The notes: generated from the letters alone by a model not told the origin. Positions 8,301 through 19,467 are shown, counted from the first letter of the stretch. The stretch: 64,000 nucleotides of DNA from Flavobacterium sp. (GCF_017744675.1 NZ_JAGIAV010000003.1:226719-290718); one strand, 5' to 3'. Made by a program: numbers and translations.

Positions 8301-10209
8301 TTTCTATGCTCGCAATCCTAAGTCCAGCGCCTAAATTATTTTTTGGAGTAGGATCGTTATTAACATATTTAAGCTGTAAACTATTAACACTCAAAAACTT
8401 TCCATATACCTCTACTTCTATTGTGCCAGATTCTTTCAAAAATACAGATTCATTAAACTCTTTAGTAGCAGTAAAATGGTCGGAATCGTAAACTTGAATT
8501 CCACCCGAAAATACTCTGACTCTAGCGTGGTAATATTTAGAAATTGTGGGATCTGAAGAGTCATTTTTTATTGTAAATTTCAACTGCCCTTGTGCCTCTG
8601 TGGCAGTAAAAGGAATTGATACATATTTAACACAGTCGTCAGGATTTTTATTCAAACATATTACGCCATCAATGCCTGGCCCCTCCTTTATTGGCATTGT
8701 ACCGCCTGTACCTTGTATTACACCACTGTTTACAATAACAGGAGTATATTTATCAAAAAGATCGATTCCATAAAACTGGTTTGTTTCATAATTGAATTTT
8801 GTCCAGCCTTTGGTGGGATAATGTATTTCTTTTAAAATTCCTGCCTGATTTTCCAAAGAATTTACAGAACGGTCTGCCCTGCCAACTTCAGTGGGATAAG
8901 GATAAGAAATATAATGTTTAGGTATTAGATCTACATTGTTACTTTTTCCATTATTATATCCAAAAAAATCCTGTCCTTTTGAAGTTTTATTAGGTAAAGC
9001 AATATTTGAATATGTAAACTCCTGCTCGACTCTGCCTAATAAATTAACGACTCTGTCCAGCTTTAATCTTTTGTCTGAATAGTAGCTTCCTGACGGATTA
9101 AAATAAGAGTAATCAAAAGTATAGCCCTTTACATTTCTATATCCTACATCTAATAATTGCTGGATTTCAATTTTACTCAAATATCCATTTCCGGCACCAT
9201 CAACCAGATCCTGCCTTCCCAAATTCTTTGTAAATACGATTTTGGAGTTGCCATCATTAAAAGTAATTTCTTTTATTTTTTTTAAGATTGTTACTGTATT
9301 TCCTGTCGCGTCAATAACATCTCCTATTTGGCTATTATAACTGGTTCCAGAAGGACACCCTGCTCTTATAGCATTTCTTTTTATTTCAACTCTTTGGGAA
9401 AAAGTTTTATCAGTTAAGTTTCCATCATCCTGGTAAGTGAAATTTATTTTATTATTTGATGGCGTTTTAATTTCATCCACATACCAAGCGCTAATATAGC
9501 GATCACTATGAGTCATAGATTGTATAGAAATTTCGGTAGTGCCAAGCGAATAAACATTTCCCTGAGGATCTGTTATTTTAAATTTCATGCTTTCTCTATT
9601 TAATCCCACAAGATCAACTTTAAAGGCATTTGGCGGTATGGTTACAACATCATTACTAGCAAAATTTCTAATATAAAAACTTCCGTTTACCGTAGGTGAC
9701 GAAAAAACATACATATCTTTTACCCTAGACTTATCTAGATTATAATCTAAATTTGTAACGGCAGTTTGATCATAAGGATGCAGCTTAAAATAAGCGATAA
9801 TGGCATCACCATTAGGAATTACATCAATATTAGGATTATTCTCATCAATATCATCTCTCGGACTTAAAATAACCTGTGCGCCAGCATTTAGATTCCAGCC
9901 AAGACCTACCCAAGTTGCCTCCTGGTTAACTTTTATTCCAGATGCATGATAATCTAAAGATATTGGCATCTTGAAATCTCTTAAATCAATGGTGTATAGC
10001 GGCACAGAAATACTTGGAACACCAGTAGCCAAATCAACAGGGTATTCTCCATATTTTAGAAAAGCGGCAGCCTCTGGAGATTTTGGAGCAAAATTTGGTG
10101 TTGGCGTAGCATTTTGAGTTTGCGCCTGCAAACCTATTGAGAAATATAGAAATAGTATTAAGAACAACATTATAAATGTTGCTCTTTTTGATAGTATAGA
10201 GTGTTTCAT
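5356..10209 (-). CDS. Giant secreted protein: SpvB/TcB-N-terminal-like motif, a few YD repeats, and six tandem ~65-aa Cys-containing modules (DUF5977-like, from memory)
   Basis: 1617 aa with a signal peptide. N-terminal motif: TGVPSISVPLYTI..PISLDYHASG..WVGLGWNLNAG. YD-type repeats include LVTYYEYDTDQRLRFV and ITYDLYDEKGNVL. The C-terminal module array follows. The start is 1 nt from the stop of the upstream gene. Confidence 0.85.
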   Translation of the reverse strand: MKHSILSKRATFIMLFLILFLYFSIGLQAQTQNATPTPNFAPKSPEAAAFLKYGEYPVDLATGVPSISVPLYTIDLRDFKMPISLDYHASGIKVNQEATWVGLGWNLNAGAQVILSPRDDIDENNPNIDVIPNGDAIIAYFKLHPYDQTAVTNLDYNLDKSRVKDMYVFSSPTVNGSFYIRNFASNDVVTIPPNAFKVDLVGLNRESMKFKITDPQGNVYSLGTTEISIQSMTHSDRYISAWYVDEIKTPSNNKINFTYQDDGNLTDKTFSQRVEIKRNAIRAGCPSGTSYNSQIGDVIDATGNTVTILKKIKEITFNDGNSKIVFTKNLGRQDLVDGAGNGYLSKIEIQQLLDVGYRNVKGYTFDYSYFNPSGSYYSDKRLKLDRVVNLLGRVEQEFTYSNIALPNKTSKGQDFFGYNNGKSNNVDLIPKHYISYPYPTEVGRADRSVNSLENQAGILKEIHYPTKGWTKFNYETNQFYGIDLFDKYTPVIVNSGVIQGTGGTMPIKEGPGIDGVICLNKNPDDCVKYVSIPFTATEAQGQLKFTIKNDSSDPTISKYYHARVRVFSGGIQVYDSDHFTATKEFNESVFLKESGTIEVEVYGKFLSVNSLQLKYVNNDPTPKNNLGAGLRIASIENYDNDSTLALKKQYDYSDIIDFGHTSGQLINKMSTTFQSNSFTNYSFIQCGSVDPELIGCAGGLNSTATYSISSNSRFGIEGNSVAYKYVREIQIDVKNQANNGYTQYEFTIAPDEIPFGNPTVQIPTAWKRGKVLNKKVYKTVGTAAYIVEEEKNTYFEDPSNTSFYNGFKMFRMGTTNNQENPLDPLNPACPYDVDGGVEILRTIEPITYNIPILWFYQKTSEKTNYFYNPSNILKGKVVSNTTFNYGNPLHLQLTSQTTTNSVGETLQTKYFYAPDPEMISKPFSSDLASANMIGIPLNTQAFKDGVKISEQLTSYEKISATSNLLLPRFVYANKGTAAIDLSLDKKITYDLYDEKGNVLQYTIDGGTPVSIIWGYSKTQPIAKIDNLVYGTIPAETIANLQALSNDDSDNCLSDNCSEQKLRNALNLFRNTLPNAFISTYTYNPLVGVTSITDPKGLVTYYEYDTDQRLRFVKDSKLNVLQKYCYNYKGQTIDCGDNSSTSVEMYKSAAQSGTFTRNNCEGGGLGSSVVYNQAVGAVISTVSQGDADTRGLAKFNVDGQLYANSNAFCTYSSIARSGNFTKNDCAAGGAGSSVAFSQAAGAQTSILSQADADSKGLALFNSNGQANANAAGFCTFNSIARSGNFTKNDCAAGGAGSSVAFSQAAGAQTSILSQADADSKGLALFNSNGQANANANGTCTYSNATISKTFTKNDCPANSTPGTYIYTVPAGKYTGASQVLADRLAQNDMDANGQYNANMIAECFFYSVAKSGVFTKNDCGGGLSGSNVTYTVPSRRYVSNSQENADNLAQSDVNNNGQAYANANGSCAYNSIARSGYFVRNNCGQNESGSSVYYNQIAGAATSAISQADADALGLAKFNADGQSYANNYGGCTLREVEFLFERYFDPSTKVLSIDAWATGSNHNGATLKFTVNFLRLSGAAASQEVVVEFAAGQTSKLTTLTLNAKSIVSITLLVTKK
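5617..6777 (-). repeat. Array of six tandem ~65-aa protein modules inside the giant protein
   Basis: Recurring pattern: S(I/V)A(R/K)SG.FT(K/R)N(D/N)C..G..GS.V.Y......A..S..SQ.DAD..(G)LA.F(N)..GQ..AN..G.C, seen six times in the translation. Confidence 0.8.
6207..6585. repeat. Near-identical 195-bp tandem DNA duplication (modules 2 and 3 of the array)
   Basis: gcctgtccgttggagttaaacaatgcaagacc... begins at 6221 and again at 6416 (period 195 bp = 65 codons). I see only about two mismatches over ~165 nt. Confidence 0.9.
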
Positions 10210-10210
10210 T

Positions 10211-11881
10211 TTATTTACCTGTTATTCTTTTAATCACTTTAACCGATTCGGTTTTAACGTCTGTTTTTATGACAATAAGATACACTCCTTCCGCATATCT
10301 GCTTAAATCTACCGGAACCGTCCTGCTTGAAATGGCAAAACTCTGAAGTGTTCTTCCTAAAATGTCCACGACACTTGCCGTACCTTGGTTAAAATCATAA
10401 CCGATAATCACATTGGTGTAAGCAGAAGTTGGGTTAGGAGCCGCTTCAATGCTGGATTTCACTTTTTCTACCTTCGCTTTATCCTTGAGCTTAACAACCC
10501 AGAAATCATTTGATCCGATATTGGAATTCTTATCCTTTGAAGAGCCTGAATTGGATGTGCCTGCCATTAGATATCCTCCATCTCTGGTTTCAATCAGTTT
10601 TCGAAGTATGTCTTCTCCTCCGCTTCCTACGGTTTTATTCCAAAGTTCCTCCCCTTCACTGCTTACTTTTAAAGCAACGTAGTCGTTGATGCCGTCTTTT
10701 TCTTTGCCAACCATTCCCACTGCTTTTGACACCAGACTGCCCCCGCCAGATTTTGGGCGCGCATTGCGGGCATGCCCGCCGATCAGATAAGTGCCATCTT
10801 CGTTTTCAACCAATGAAGTCAAGATATCCACTTTGCCAAAGTCAAAAGTCTTGCTCCAAACGACACCTCCTTCTTTGTCTAATTTAAGAATCCAATAATC
10901 TGTCCCGTTGGCAACAATTCCTCCTTCAGAGGTTAGTGCATTAGAACTGTTTGAATTTCCTCCCAAAATATAGCCTTCATCTTTAGTCTGATGGATTACA
11001 TAAGGCTGGTCATCGCCATTGCCTCCATACGTTTTTTGCCATTCGATTGCTCCCGTATCGTTTATCTTTACAATCCAATAGTCTCCAACTCCTTTATTGC
11101 CTTCTGTCTTATCGCCCGACACAGGAGAATTGGAATATCCGGCAAGAATATATCCGTTATCAGAAGTCTGTTCCATGCTTCTCAAAATATCCGAATATTG
11201 GCCTCCATAGGTTTTCTGCCATTGAATTGCGCCTTCTTTATCTAATTTGACAATCCAATAGTCCATGCTGCCTCTGCATTTCTCCGATTTGGAATAAATG
11301 TCTGTTGCAAAAGTGCTTTCGTTAAGCTTAGAATTTGAAATTGAATTTGGACTTGAGCTTGAAGAGCCTCCTAAAATGTAGCCCCCATCTCTTGTCTGAA
11401 AAGCGCATAGCAATTCATCCTGGCCACTTCCTCCTATAGTTCTCTGCCATTGCTCATTTCCAGCGGCATTTAATTTTATGACCCAGAAATCGGAAAGGCC
11501 TTTGCAGTTTTCCTTTTTTTGAAAGCTTTTGGAAGAGCTTGAAGTCCCGGCAAGAATAAATCCCCCGTCTCTGGTGTTTTTAATGCTTTGAAGAAAATCA
11601 AAGCCAGAACCGCCAAAGCTTTTCTGCCAGTCGGGTTCTCCATTTTCTTTCATTTTCCAGACCCAAAAGTCTAAATCTCCATGATTGTCTTCCTCCTTAG
11701 TTCCTGTTTTGTCAGAAAGCGAGCTTCCTGCCAAAATAAAACCGTAATCGGCCGTCGGCTGCGCGTCAAAAAGGTAATCGGCATGCGTGCCGCCATATGA
11801 CTTTTCCCAAAGGATATCTTGGGAACGAACAAGAAAAGACACAAAAAAAAGAAGAAGCAGGTAAAATTTCCGCATACGCAT
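10211..11881 (-). CDS. T9SS type-A C-terminal sorting domain protein with ~8 beta-propeller-like (SBBP-like) repeats
   Basis: 556 aa with a signal peptide. The repeat W(Q/E)K(T/S)(Y/F)GG..D......T.DGG(Y/F)ILAG.S.S.......G..D(F/Y)W(V/I)VKL...G recurs about eight times. The C-terminal ~80 aa (APNPTSAYTNVIIGY...VDILGRTL...GVYLIVIKTD...VKVIK) match the T9SS CTD pattern. Confidence 0.85.
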   Translation of the reverse strand: MRMRKFYLLLLFFVSFLVRSQDILWEKSYGGTHADYLFDAQPTADYGFILAGSSLSDKTGTKEEDNHGDLDFWVWKMKENGEPDWQKSFGGSGFDFLQSIKNTRDGGFILAGTSSSSKSFQKKENCKGLSDFWVIKLNAAGNEQWQRTIGGSGQDELLCAFQTRDGGYILGGSSSSSPNSISNSKLNESTFATDIYSKSEKCRGSMDYWIVKLDKEGAIQWQKTYGGQYSDILRSMEQTSDNGYILAGYSNSPVSGDKTEGNKGVGDYWIVKINDTGAIEWQKTYGGNGDDQPYVIHQTKDEGYILGGNSNSSNALTSEGGIVANGTDYWILKLDKEGGVVWSKTFDFGKVDILTSLVENEDGTYLIGGHARNARPKSGGGSLVSKAVGMVGKEKDGINDYVALKVSSEGEELWNKTVGSGGEDILRKLIETRDGGYLMAGTSNSGSSKDKNSNIGSNDFWVVKLKDKAKVEKVKSSIEAAPNPTSAYTNVIIGYDFNQGTASVVDILGRTLQSFAISSRTVPVDLSRYAEGVYLIVIKTDVKTESVKVIKRITGK

Positions 11882-12287
11882 TTTTATAAATTTGAGGTTA
11901 TTTACTATAATGCAGGCGAAAATAACGCAATGGAAGCAGATTTCTTTACGGTTTCCCGTAACGATTTAACCTTTGTTTAACTTTTCAATAAAACTATCAA
12001 AAAGCAAAAAAAATAAGCATTCATTAATCACAGCACACAAACAAACACAACATATTTATTTACAAAGTATTAAACCAAAAAAAAAATCATCATTAGCAAA
12101 AGAAGTTTATGAAATAAGTCAATTAGAAATCTTCCACAAAAAAATAGCAAATCTTTTTAAGCAGTTAGAAAGTCGAAGTCGAAATAGTAAAATCTGATCT
12201 TTGATTCTTAAAAAACTATAGAATAAACCATAATTCGATTTCAAATCTTTATACCTAATTTTACAAACAAAAAGAAAACAAAAACTA

Positions 12288-12782
12288 ATGCTGAAAAAAG
12301 CCCTTCATCCCCTAATTGACAATTCAACTATTATTCTAATTATGGGTACTATGGCGGGCGAACAGTCTATTGCTAAGCAGCAATACTATGCAAACAGAGG
12401 AAATCTCTTTTGGAAAATTTTGTTTTCTATTTTTGAAGAAGAATTCAGCGCTTCTTATGAAGATCGAAAAGCGTTGGTTCAAAAATATAATATCGGTCTT
12501 TGGAATGTTCTGCAAAGCTGTAAAAGAGAAGGAAGCAGTGATGCCACGATTACCGAAGAAACGATAAACGATTTTGAAAGTCTTCACCAACAGTATCCTA
12601 ATATAAAATATGTCTTTTTTGAAAGTAAAGCTGCAGCAAAATACTTTCAGAAACATACTATACCACAAGAAGGCATTATTTACATGACGCTACCCTCAAC
12701 CAGCGGACTAAATGCAGGTTTAACGACAGCCGAGAAAACGGCACAATGGAGAATTGTAGCAGAAACAGCTCTTTCTAGATAG
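12288..12782 (+). CDS. DNA-deoxyinosine (hypoxanthine) glycosylase-like protein, UDG superfamily
   Basis: 164 aa with motifs GTMAGEQS..QQYYANRGNLFWKIL and LPSTSGLNAG. Confidence 0.7.
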   Translation: MLKKALHPLIDNSTIILIMGTMAGEQSIAKQQYYANRGNLFWKILFSIFEEEFSASYEDRKALVQKYNIGLWNVLQSCKREGSSDATITEETINDFESLHQQYPNIKYVFFESKAAAKYFQKHTIPQEGIIYMTLPSTSGLNAGLTTAEKTAQWRIVAETALSR

Positions 12783-12799
12783 ACTAAAAAAACAAAGAA

Positions 12800-13042
12800 T
12801 TACCTGTTTCTCATAATATAAAACAGTATTTCTTCTTCTAATTCCCTAGACAGATTTTCAAACTTGATCCTGCGTCGGTAATTCTTTTCACTTTTATCCT
12901 TGTATTGTTCGGTTTTAGCAGTGCTTGCACAATAAGCATCGCATATAACTTTAAACTTTTCGTCTAGTATATACAATTCTTTCATCGAATCAAAGTATGC
13001 TGCAAATTTTACATTATACAATTCGTCAGGAATAGCGGCCAT
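12800..13042 (-). CDS. Hypothetical small protein
   Basis: 80-aa ORF with no recognisable motif. It is convergent with the glycosylase gene, 17 nt away. Confidence 0.4.
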   Translation of the reverse strand: MAAIPDELYNVKFAAYFDSMKELYILDEKFKVICDAYCASTAKTEQYKDKSEKNYRRRIKFENLSRELEEEILFYIMRNR

Positions 13043-13284
13043 AGGATAGTTGTATTAAATTAATACTATAATTTACCTTAAAGGTTCAAAATACAATTCT
13101 TAATTATTAAGTTTCTGTTGGCTTCAATCGGTCACCATTTTAGAATGTGTCGATTAAGAATATTTAAAATTAAACTGAAAAACTTTAATCCTTAGTTTTG
13201 AGCCTCTTGAAATGGTTTCAGTTTATAATCTGAAACCAGAAATTGTAAAATGAACCCTTGGCCGTTAAAATGCAACATGATCAA

Positions 13285-13596
13285 TTAGGTGTTTTTCACA
13301 TCATAAATATAAATCTGAACCATATCATCATTGGCTAGAATTCTGCGATCGGCGGCGCATTGCTGCCCTATGTCAGTCTTAAAAGATTCCATCATTGCTT
13401 CTAAAGATTCGAAGTATAAATTGGCCACAAGAAATACATCCGATTGTCCCGTCAAGGATATAACGGATCCGTTGCTTATTTCATATTTTATCAATCCAGG
13501 AAGCTTTTTAGCCAATGGAATATGCACATCAAAATAATGTTTTTCAAAAGAAGCAATGTCTTTTGGCGTTTTGTAAATTACAGTCATTTTTGCCAT
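13285..13596 (-). CDS. EthD-family protein
   Basis: 103 aa. The N-terminus (MTVIYKTPKD...FEKHYFDVHIPLAKKLPGL) is typical of EthD/TIGR02118-type proteins. It is divergent from a GlxA-type regulator. Confidence 0.7.
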   Translation of the reverse strand: MAKMTVIYKTPKDIASFEKHYFDVHIPLAKKLPGLIKYEISNGSVISLTGQSDVFLVANLYFESLEAMMESFKTDIGQQCAADRRILANDDMVQIYIYDVKNT

Positions 13597-13732
13597 AATA
13601 AAGATTGGTTTTATAAATTATAGAATTATTTACAGTAAAATTAAAAGCAACTGCCGACCTTTTCAATATGCAAAATAGACATTCTTAGTAGCGTATTTGG
13701 ACATTAAGTTTTAGTATCTTTATATAAAAAAA

Positions 13733-14710
13733 ATGAAACAGCTTACCATTATCGTTCCCGATGGAGATAATAATCTTTCTAGCATATCTGGCGCATACGA
13801 AATCTTTACGAAAGCCAATGCTTTTGCTAAAATGAATGGCGGAACAGAATTATTTGAGATCCAATTGGCGGGAATTTCTGAAAAAGTAGAATTTAATGGC
13901 GGTATTTTTACAGTAAAGCCCCATCTTCCTATTTCGCAGGTTGCAAAAACCGATCTCATTATCATCCCTTCATTAAATCATAATTATAATCTTGCCTTGC
14001 AACATAATGATGAACTTGTGCGTTGGCTTCAAAAACAATATAAAAAAGGTGCCGAAATTGCCACTATATGCACAGGAGCGTTTATGCTTGCTGCATCAGG
14101 ACTTCTTGACGGAAAAAACTGTTCTACGCATTGGTCTGTCAAAGAAAACTTCAGCAGTATGTTTCCTAAGATAAATCTTCAAATTGACCAATTAATTACT
14201 GACGAAAATGGAATTTATACCAATGGCGGAGCGTATTCTTTTCTAAACCTCATGATTTACCTTATCGAAAAATATTACGGCAGGCCTACTGCGGTTTATT
14301 GTGCCAAAGTATTTCAGATTGAAATGAATCGAAGTACACAATCACAGTTTATTATTTTTTCCGGACAAAAGAAGCATGAAGACGAAATGGTTCTTGATGC
14401 GCAATCTTACATCGAGAAAAATTTGGGCGAAAAATTATCGATGAGCGATCTTTCTAATAAATTCAATATCAGCAGAAGAAATTTTGACAGAAGATTTATT
14501 AAAGCCACAGGAAATACTCCTAGCGAATACCTGCAAAGGGTTAAAATCGAAGCGGCTAAAAAAGCTTTTGAAACCGATCGCAAAACGGTAAATGAAGTAA
14601 TGTACGAAGTGGGATATTCTGACGTAAAAGCATTTCGAGACGCCTTTAAAAAAATTACAGGAATTCCGCCAATCGAATACAAAAGGAAATATCATAAAGG
14701 CGCGGCTTAA
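13733..14710 (+). CDS. GlxA-family transcriptional regulator (DJ-1/PfpI-like N-domain plus AraC-type HTH)
   Basis: 325 aa. The N-terminal DJ-1-like region (ICTGAFMLAASGLLDGK) is followed by a C-terminal AraC HTH (GYSDVKAFRDAFKKITGIPPIEYKRKY). Confidence 0.85.
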   Translation: MKQLTIIVPDGDNNLSSISGAYEIFTKANAFAKMNGGTELFEIQLAGISEKVEFNGGIFTVKPHLPISQVAKTDLIIIPSLNHNYNLALQHNDELVRWLQKQYKKGAEIATICTGAFMLAASGLLDGKNCSTHWSVKENFSSMFPKINLQIDQLITDENGIYTNGGAYSFLNLMIYLIEKYYGRPTAVYCAKVFQIEMNRSTQSQFIIFSGQKKHEDEMVLDAQSYIEKNLGEKLSMSDLSNKFNISRRNFDRRFIKATGNTPSEYLQRVKIEAAKKAFETDRKTVNEVMYEVGYSDVKAFRDAFKKITGIPPIEYKRKYHKGAA

Positions 14711-14818
14711 TCTTATCATTTTTTTTAATTCGAATGCATCAAAATTTTTAAAAGCTTTATACCTGATAAAGATTTTTCCCATCAGTCATAAAATATTGAT
14801 TTATCTACATACAGTTTG

Positions 14819-14826
14819 TACTTTTG
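14819..14826 (+). promoter_or_regulatory. Bacteroidota -7 promoter box TAnnTTTG (TACTTTTG), 4 nt upstream of the ATG
   Basis: tacttttg-cggt-ATG(14831). The same box-N4-ATG architecture occurs at 23565 and 37041. Confidence 0.5.
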
Positions 14827-14830
14827 CGGT

Positions 14831-15289
14831 ATGAATGATAATTTTATAAACGAATACTTTGGCATAGGAATCCAAAATGGTAAAACACCAGAAAATTTAG
14901 GCGTTTTATGGCGATCGGCTCAAAATTTAGGCGCTACTTTTATATTTACCATCGGAAATCGATATGCCAAACAAGCTTGCGATACGCATGATGCTGTAAA
15001 AGCGATTCCGTATTTCCATTACGATACTTTTGAAGCTTTTTTTGAAAACTTACCCAAAGGAGCACGATTAGTTGGTGTTGAATTATCTGAAAAAGCTACT
15101 GATCTTGAAACTTTTGAGCATCCTAGACGTTGCGTTTATATATTGGGCGCAGAAGATCATGGCTTGTCTAAAAAAGTAATGGAGAAATGCCATCATTTAG
15201 TCAAATTCAAATCAGAAAAAAGTTTGAATGTCGCGGTTGCAGGTACAATTGTCATGTACGATAGAAATTTGTCTAAACCACGTTCTTAA
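14831..15289 (+). CDS. SpoU/TrmH-family RNA methyltransferase-like protein
   Basis: Motifs LGVLWRSAQNLGA, YILGAEDHGLS and SLNVAVAGTIVMYD resemble SpoU methylase motifs. I prefer the ATG at 14831 over the listed TTG at 14816, which lies inside the putative -7 box. Confidence 0.7.
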   Translation: MNDNFINEYFGIGIQNGKTPENLGVLWRSAQNLGATFIFTIGNRYAKQACDTHDAVKAIPYFHYDTFEAFFENLPKGARLVGVELSEKATDLETFEHPRRCVYILGAEDHGLSKKVMEKCHHLVKFKSEKSLNVAVAGTIVMYDRNLSKPRS

Positions 15290-15300
15290 ATAATGATTAC

Positions 15301-15330
15301 AAAAAAAGACGCCAATTAGGCGTCTTTTTA
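15301..15330. terminator. Bidirectional Rho-independent terminator between the methyltransferase gene and katG
   Basis: aaaaaaagacgcc-aatta-ggcgtcttttt: a GC-rich stem flanked by an A-run and a T-run. Confidence 0.75.
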
Positions 15331-15351
15331 GTTTATTGCTTTACAACTAAA

Positions 15352-17736
<2,385 letters not shown>

Positions 17737-18158
17737 TTATAGTTTTAATTGACTATACTTCATTGCGTTATTTATTAAGCGGTACTTTTGAACAAAGTAG
17801 CATTTTTTACAAATCATCGAATTTTAATTCTATAAATTTAATAAAAAGAATCTTTCTATTTTTATTATACTAATTTCAGTTAGTTACTTTTTTGTAAATT
17901 ACATTTGATTTATTTGGTTACTAAACAAGAAAAAAAGACTATCAATATTAAACTTTGCTTCAACAAATGTTAAATTATGAGTAAAGCCCCGTAAAGTCTA
18001 ACATTTTACTTATTTTTGTTAGAGGTACTTCTAAAAACAATTTTAAAATTTCCTACAGTCGCTCATAAATACCACGCAACTGTTATAATAATTAATTTAA
18101 ATTTTCGTTTCAGAGAAAGACCAAAAAAAGAAATGTAATCCCAAATAGCCCCAAGACT

Positions 18159-19445
18159 ATGAAAAAAATTACTTTAATGATCTGTTTGCTTATTGCAGCA
18201 GGCGCAAGCGCACAACAAGAAAAAGGAATTATCGGATATGCGAACTGGCTAGACAACTGGACAGAATTTAAACCGCAAAAGAGCGATTCTAAAGAAGCTA
18301 ACCAGATATTAGCTGGAAATATCACCGAAAACACAAAACTGATGAAAAAAAACGTGTACATTCTGCAAGGAAATGTATATGTAACTAATAATGCCGTTCT
18401 GACTATTGATCCAGGTACGGTAATCATTGGAGATGCTGCAACTAAAGGAACTCTTGTTATTACTAAGGGAGCAAAAATTATGGCAGAAGGCCAAGAAACC
18501 GATCCAATAGTGTTTACTTCAAATGCTAGTATGAGAAAAGCAGGTGACTGGGGCGGTTTAGTAATACTTGGCGATGCTCCAATTAACAAATTTGGCGGTG
18601 TAGGCTCTTATAACATGGACCTTGATCCTACTCTTACTGTGTACGGAGGAAACAATGTGGCAAGCAGTTCTGGAGTTTTAAAATTTGTGAGAATTGAATT
18701 TGCGGGTAAAAAAGTGAAAGGAGCAGATAGCTTTAACGGTCTAACTGTTGCTGGAGCTGGAAATAAAACCATATTAGAGAACATTATGGTGAGCTACTCA
18801 GGAGGTGATTCTTTTGCTTTTTATGGCGGAGATGTAAATGCTTCTCAATTGGTTTCTTATAAATCTATTAACGACGATTTTAAAATCACACAAGGAGCGC
18901 AATGTCGTCTTTTCAATTCTTTGGCTGTAAGATCTTCTTATCTATCAAGCAACAAAGACGGCTCTAGATGTCTGGAAGTGAAAGCTTTCGAAAAGAAAAA
19001 TGAAACGGACTTTACTAGAAAATCTACTTTTGTTTCTGCTTCAAACTTAACGATGTTGAATGATAGCGAAAATATTAAAGCCGATATTCAATCTGGTCTT
19101 GTAAAAGAAGCTATTTATGTAGCTGAAAATGCTTCACTAGAGCTTAAGAGAAGTGTTGTTTCAGGATTTAATCCAGCTGTCTTATTGGATAGCCAAACTG
19201 CAGTAAACGCAGATAATCTAAAGAAAATCAAATTTCAAGAAATGTTCTTTAATCAGTGTTCTGGTAACATTTTTACAGAAAACAACAGCGACAATTCTGA
19301 TTTAGAAAACTGGTATGGCAACACTGTCTTCTCGAATGTTTATTCACAAACTGACAACAAAGAAACTTTTGTAGACATATACAATGCAAAAAGACCAGAC
19401 TACAGACTACAATTAGGAAAAATTACAGCATCAAGCGGCAAGTAA
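18159..19445 (+). CDS. Conserved secreted protein of unknown function (predicted beta-helix-like)
   Basis: 428 aa with a signal peptide (MKKITLMICLLIAAGASAQ). Motifs: LTIDPGTVIIGD, GAKIMAEGQETDPIVFTS, GDWGGLVILGDAPIN, FVRIEFAG. Confidence 0.7.
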   Translation: MKKITLMICLLIAAGASAQQEKGIIGYANWLDNWTEFKPQKSDSKEANQILAGNITENTKLMKKNVYILQGNVYVTNNAVLTIDPGTVIIGDAATKGTLVITKGAKIMAEGQETDPIVFTSNASMRKAGDWGGLVILGDAPINKFGGVGSYNMDLDPTLTVYGGNNVASSSGVLKFVRIEFAGKKVKGADSFNGLTVAGAGNKTILENIMVSYSGGDSFAFYGGDVNASQLVSYKSINDDFKITQGAQCRLFNSLAVRSSYLSSNKDGSRCLEVKAFEKKNETDFTRKSTFVSASNLTMLNDSENIKADIQSGLVKEAIYVAENASLELKRSVVSGFNPAVLLDSQTAVNADNLKKIKFQEMFFNQCSGNIFTENNSDNSDLENWYGNTVFSNVYSQTDNKETFVDIYNAKRPDYRLQLGKITASSGK

Positions 19446-19467
19446 TTTTTACATAATATTAAAGAAC

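Noticed and set aside
11973-12197. 74-aa Lys-rich ORF upstream of the RHS operon
   Set aside because: Its composition is low-complexity and AT-driven. It sits in a promoter-type intergenic region, with no motif or start context. It is probably not coding.
13223-13238. 16-mer ttataatctgaaacca shared with 20931..20946
   Set aside because: In 64 kb of AT-rich DNA, counting both strands, a handful of 16-nt exact matches is expected by chance. The flanks do not align. The first copy is simply half of a local 8-bp hairpin (13214..13237) downstream of the EthD gene.
18110-18589. 159-aa antisense ORF overlapping the start of the 18159..19445 gene
   Set aside because: It is antisense to a well-supported secreted-protein gene. 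The hydrophobic composition is typical of antisense translation of AT-rich coding DNA.
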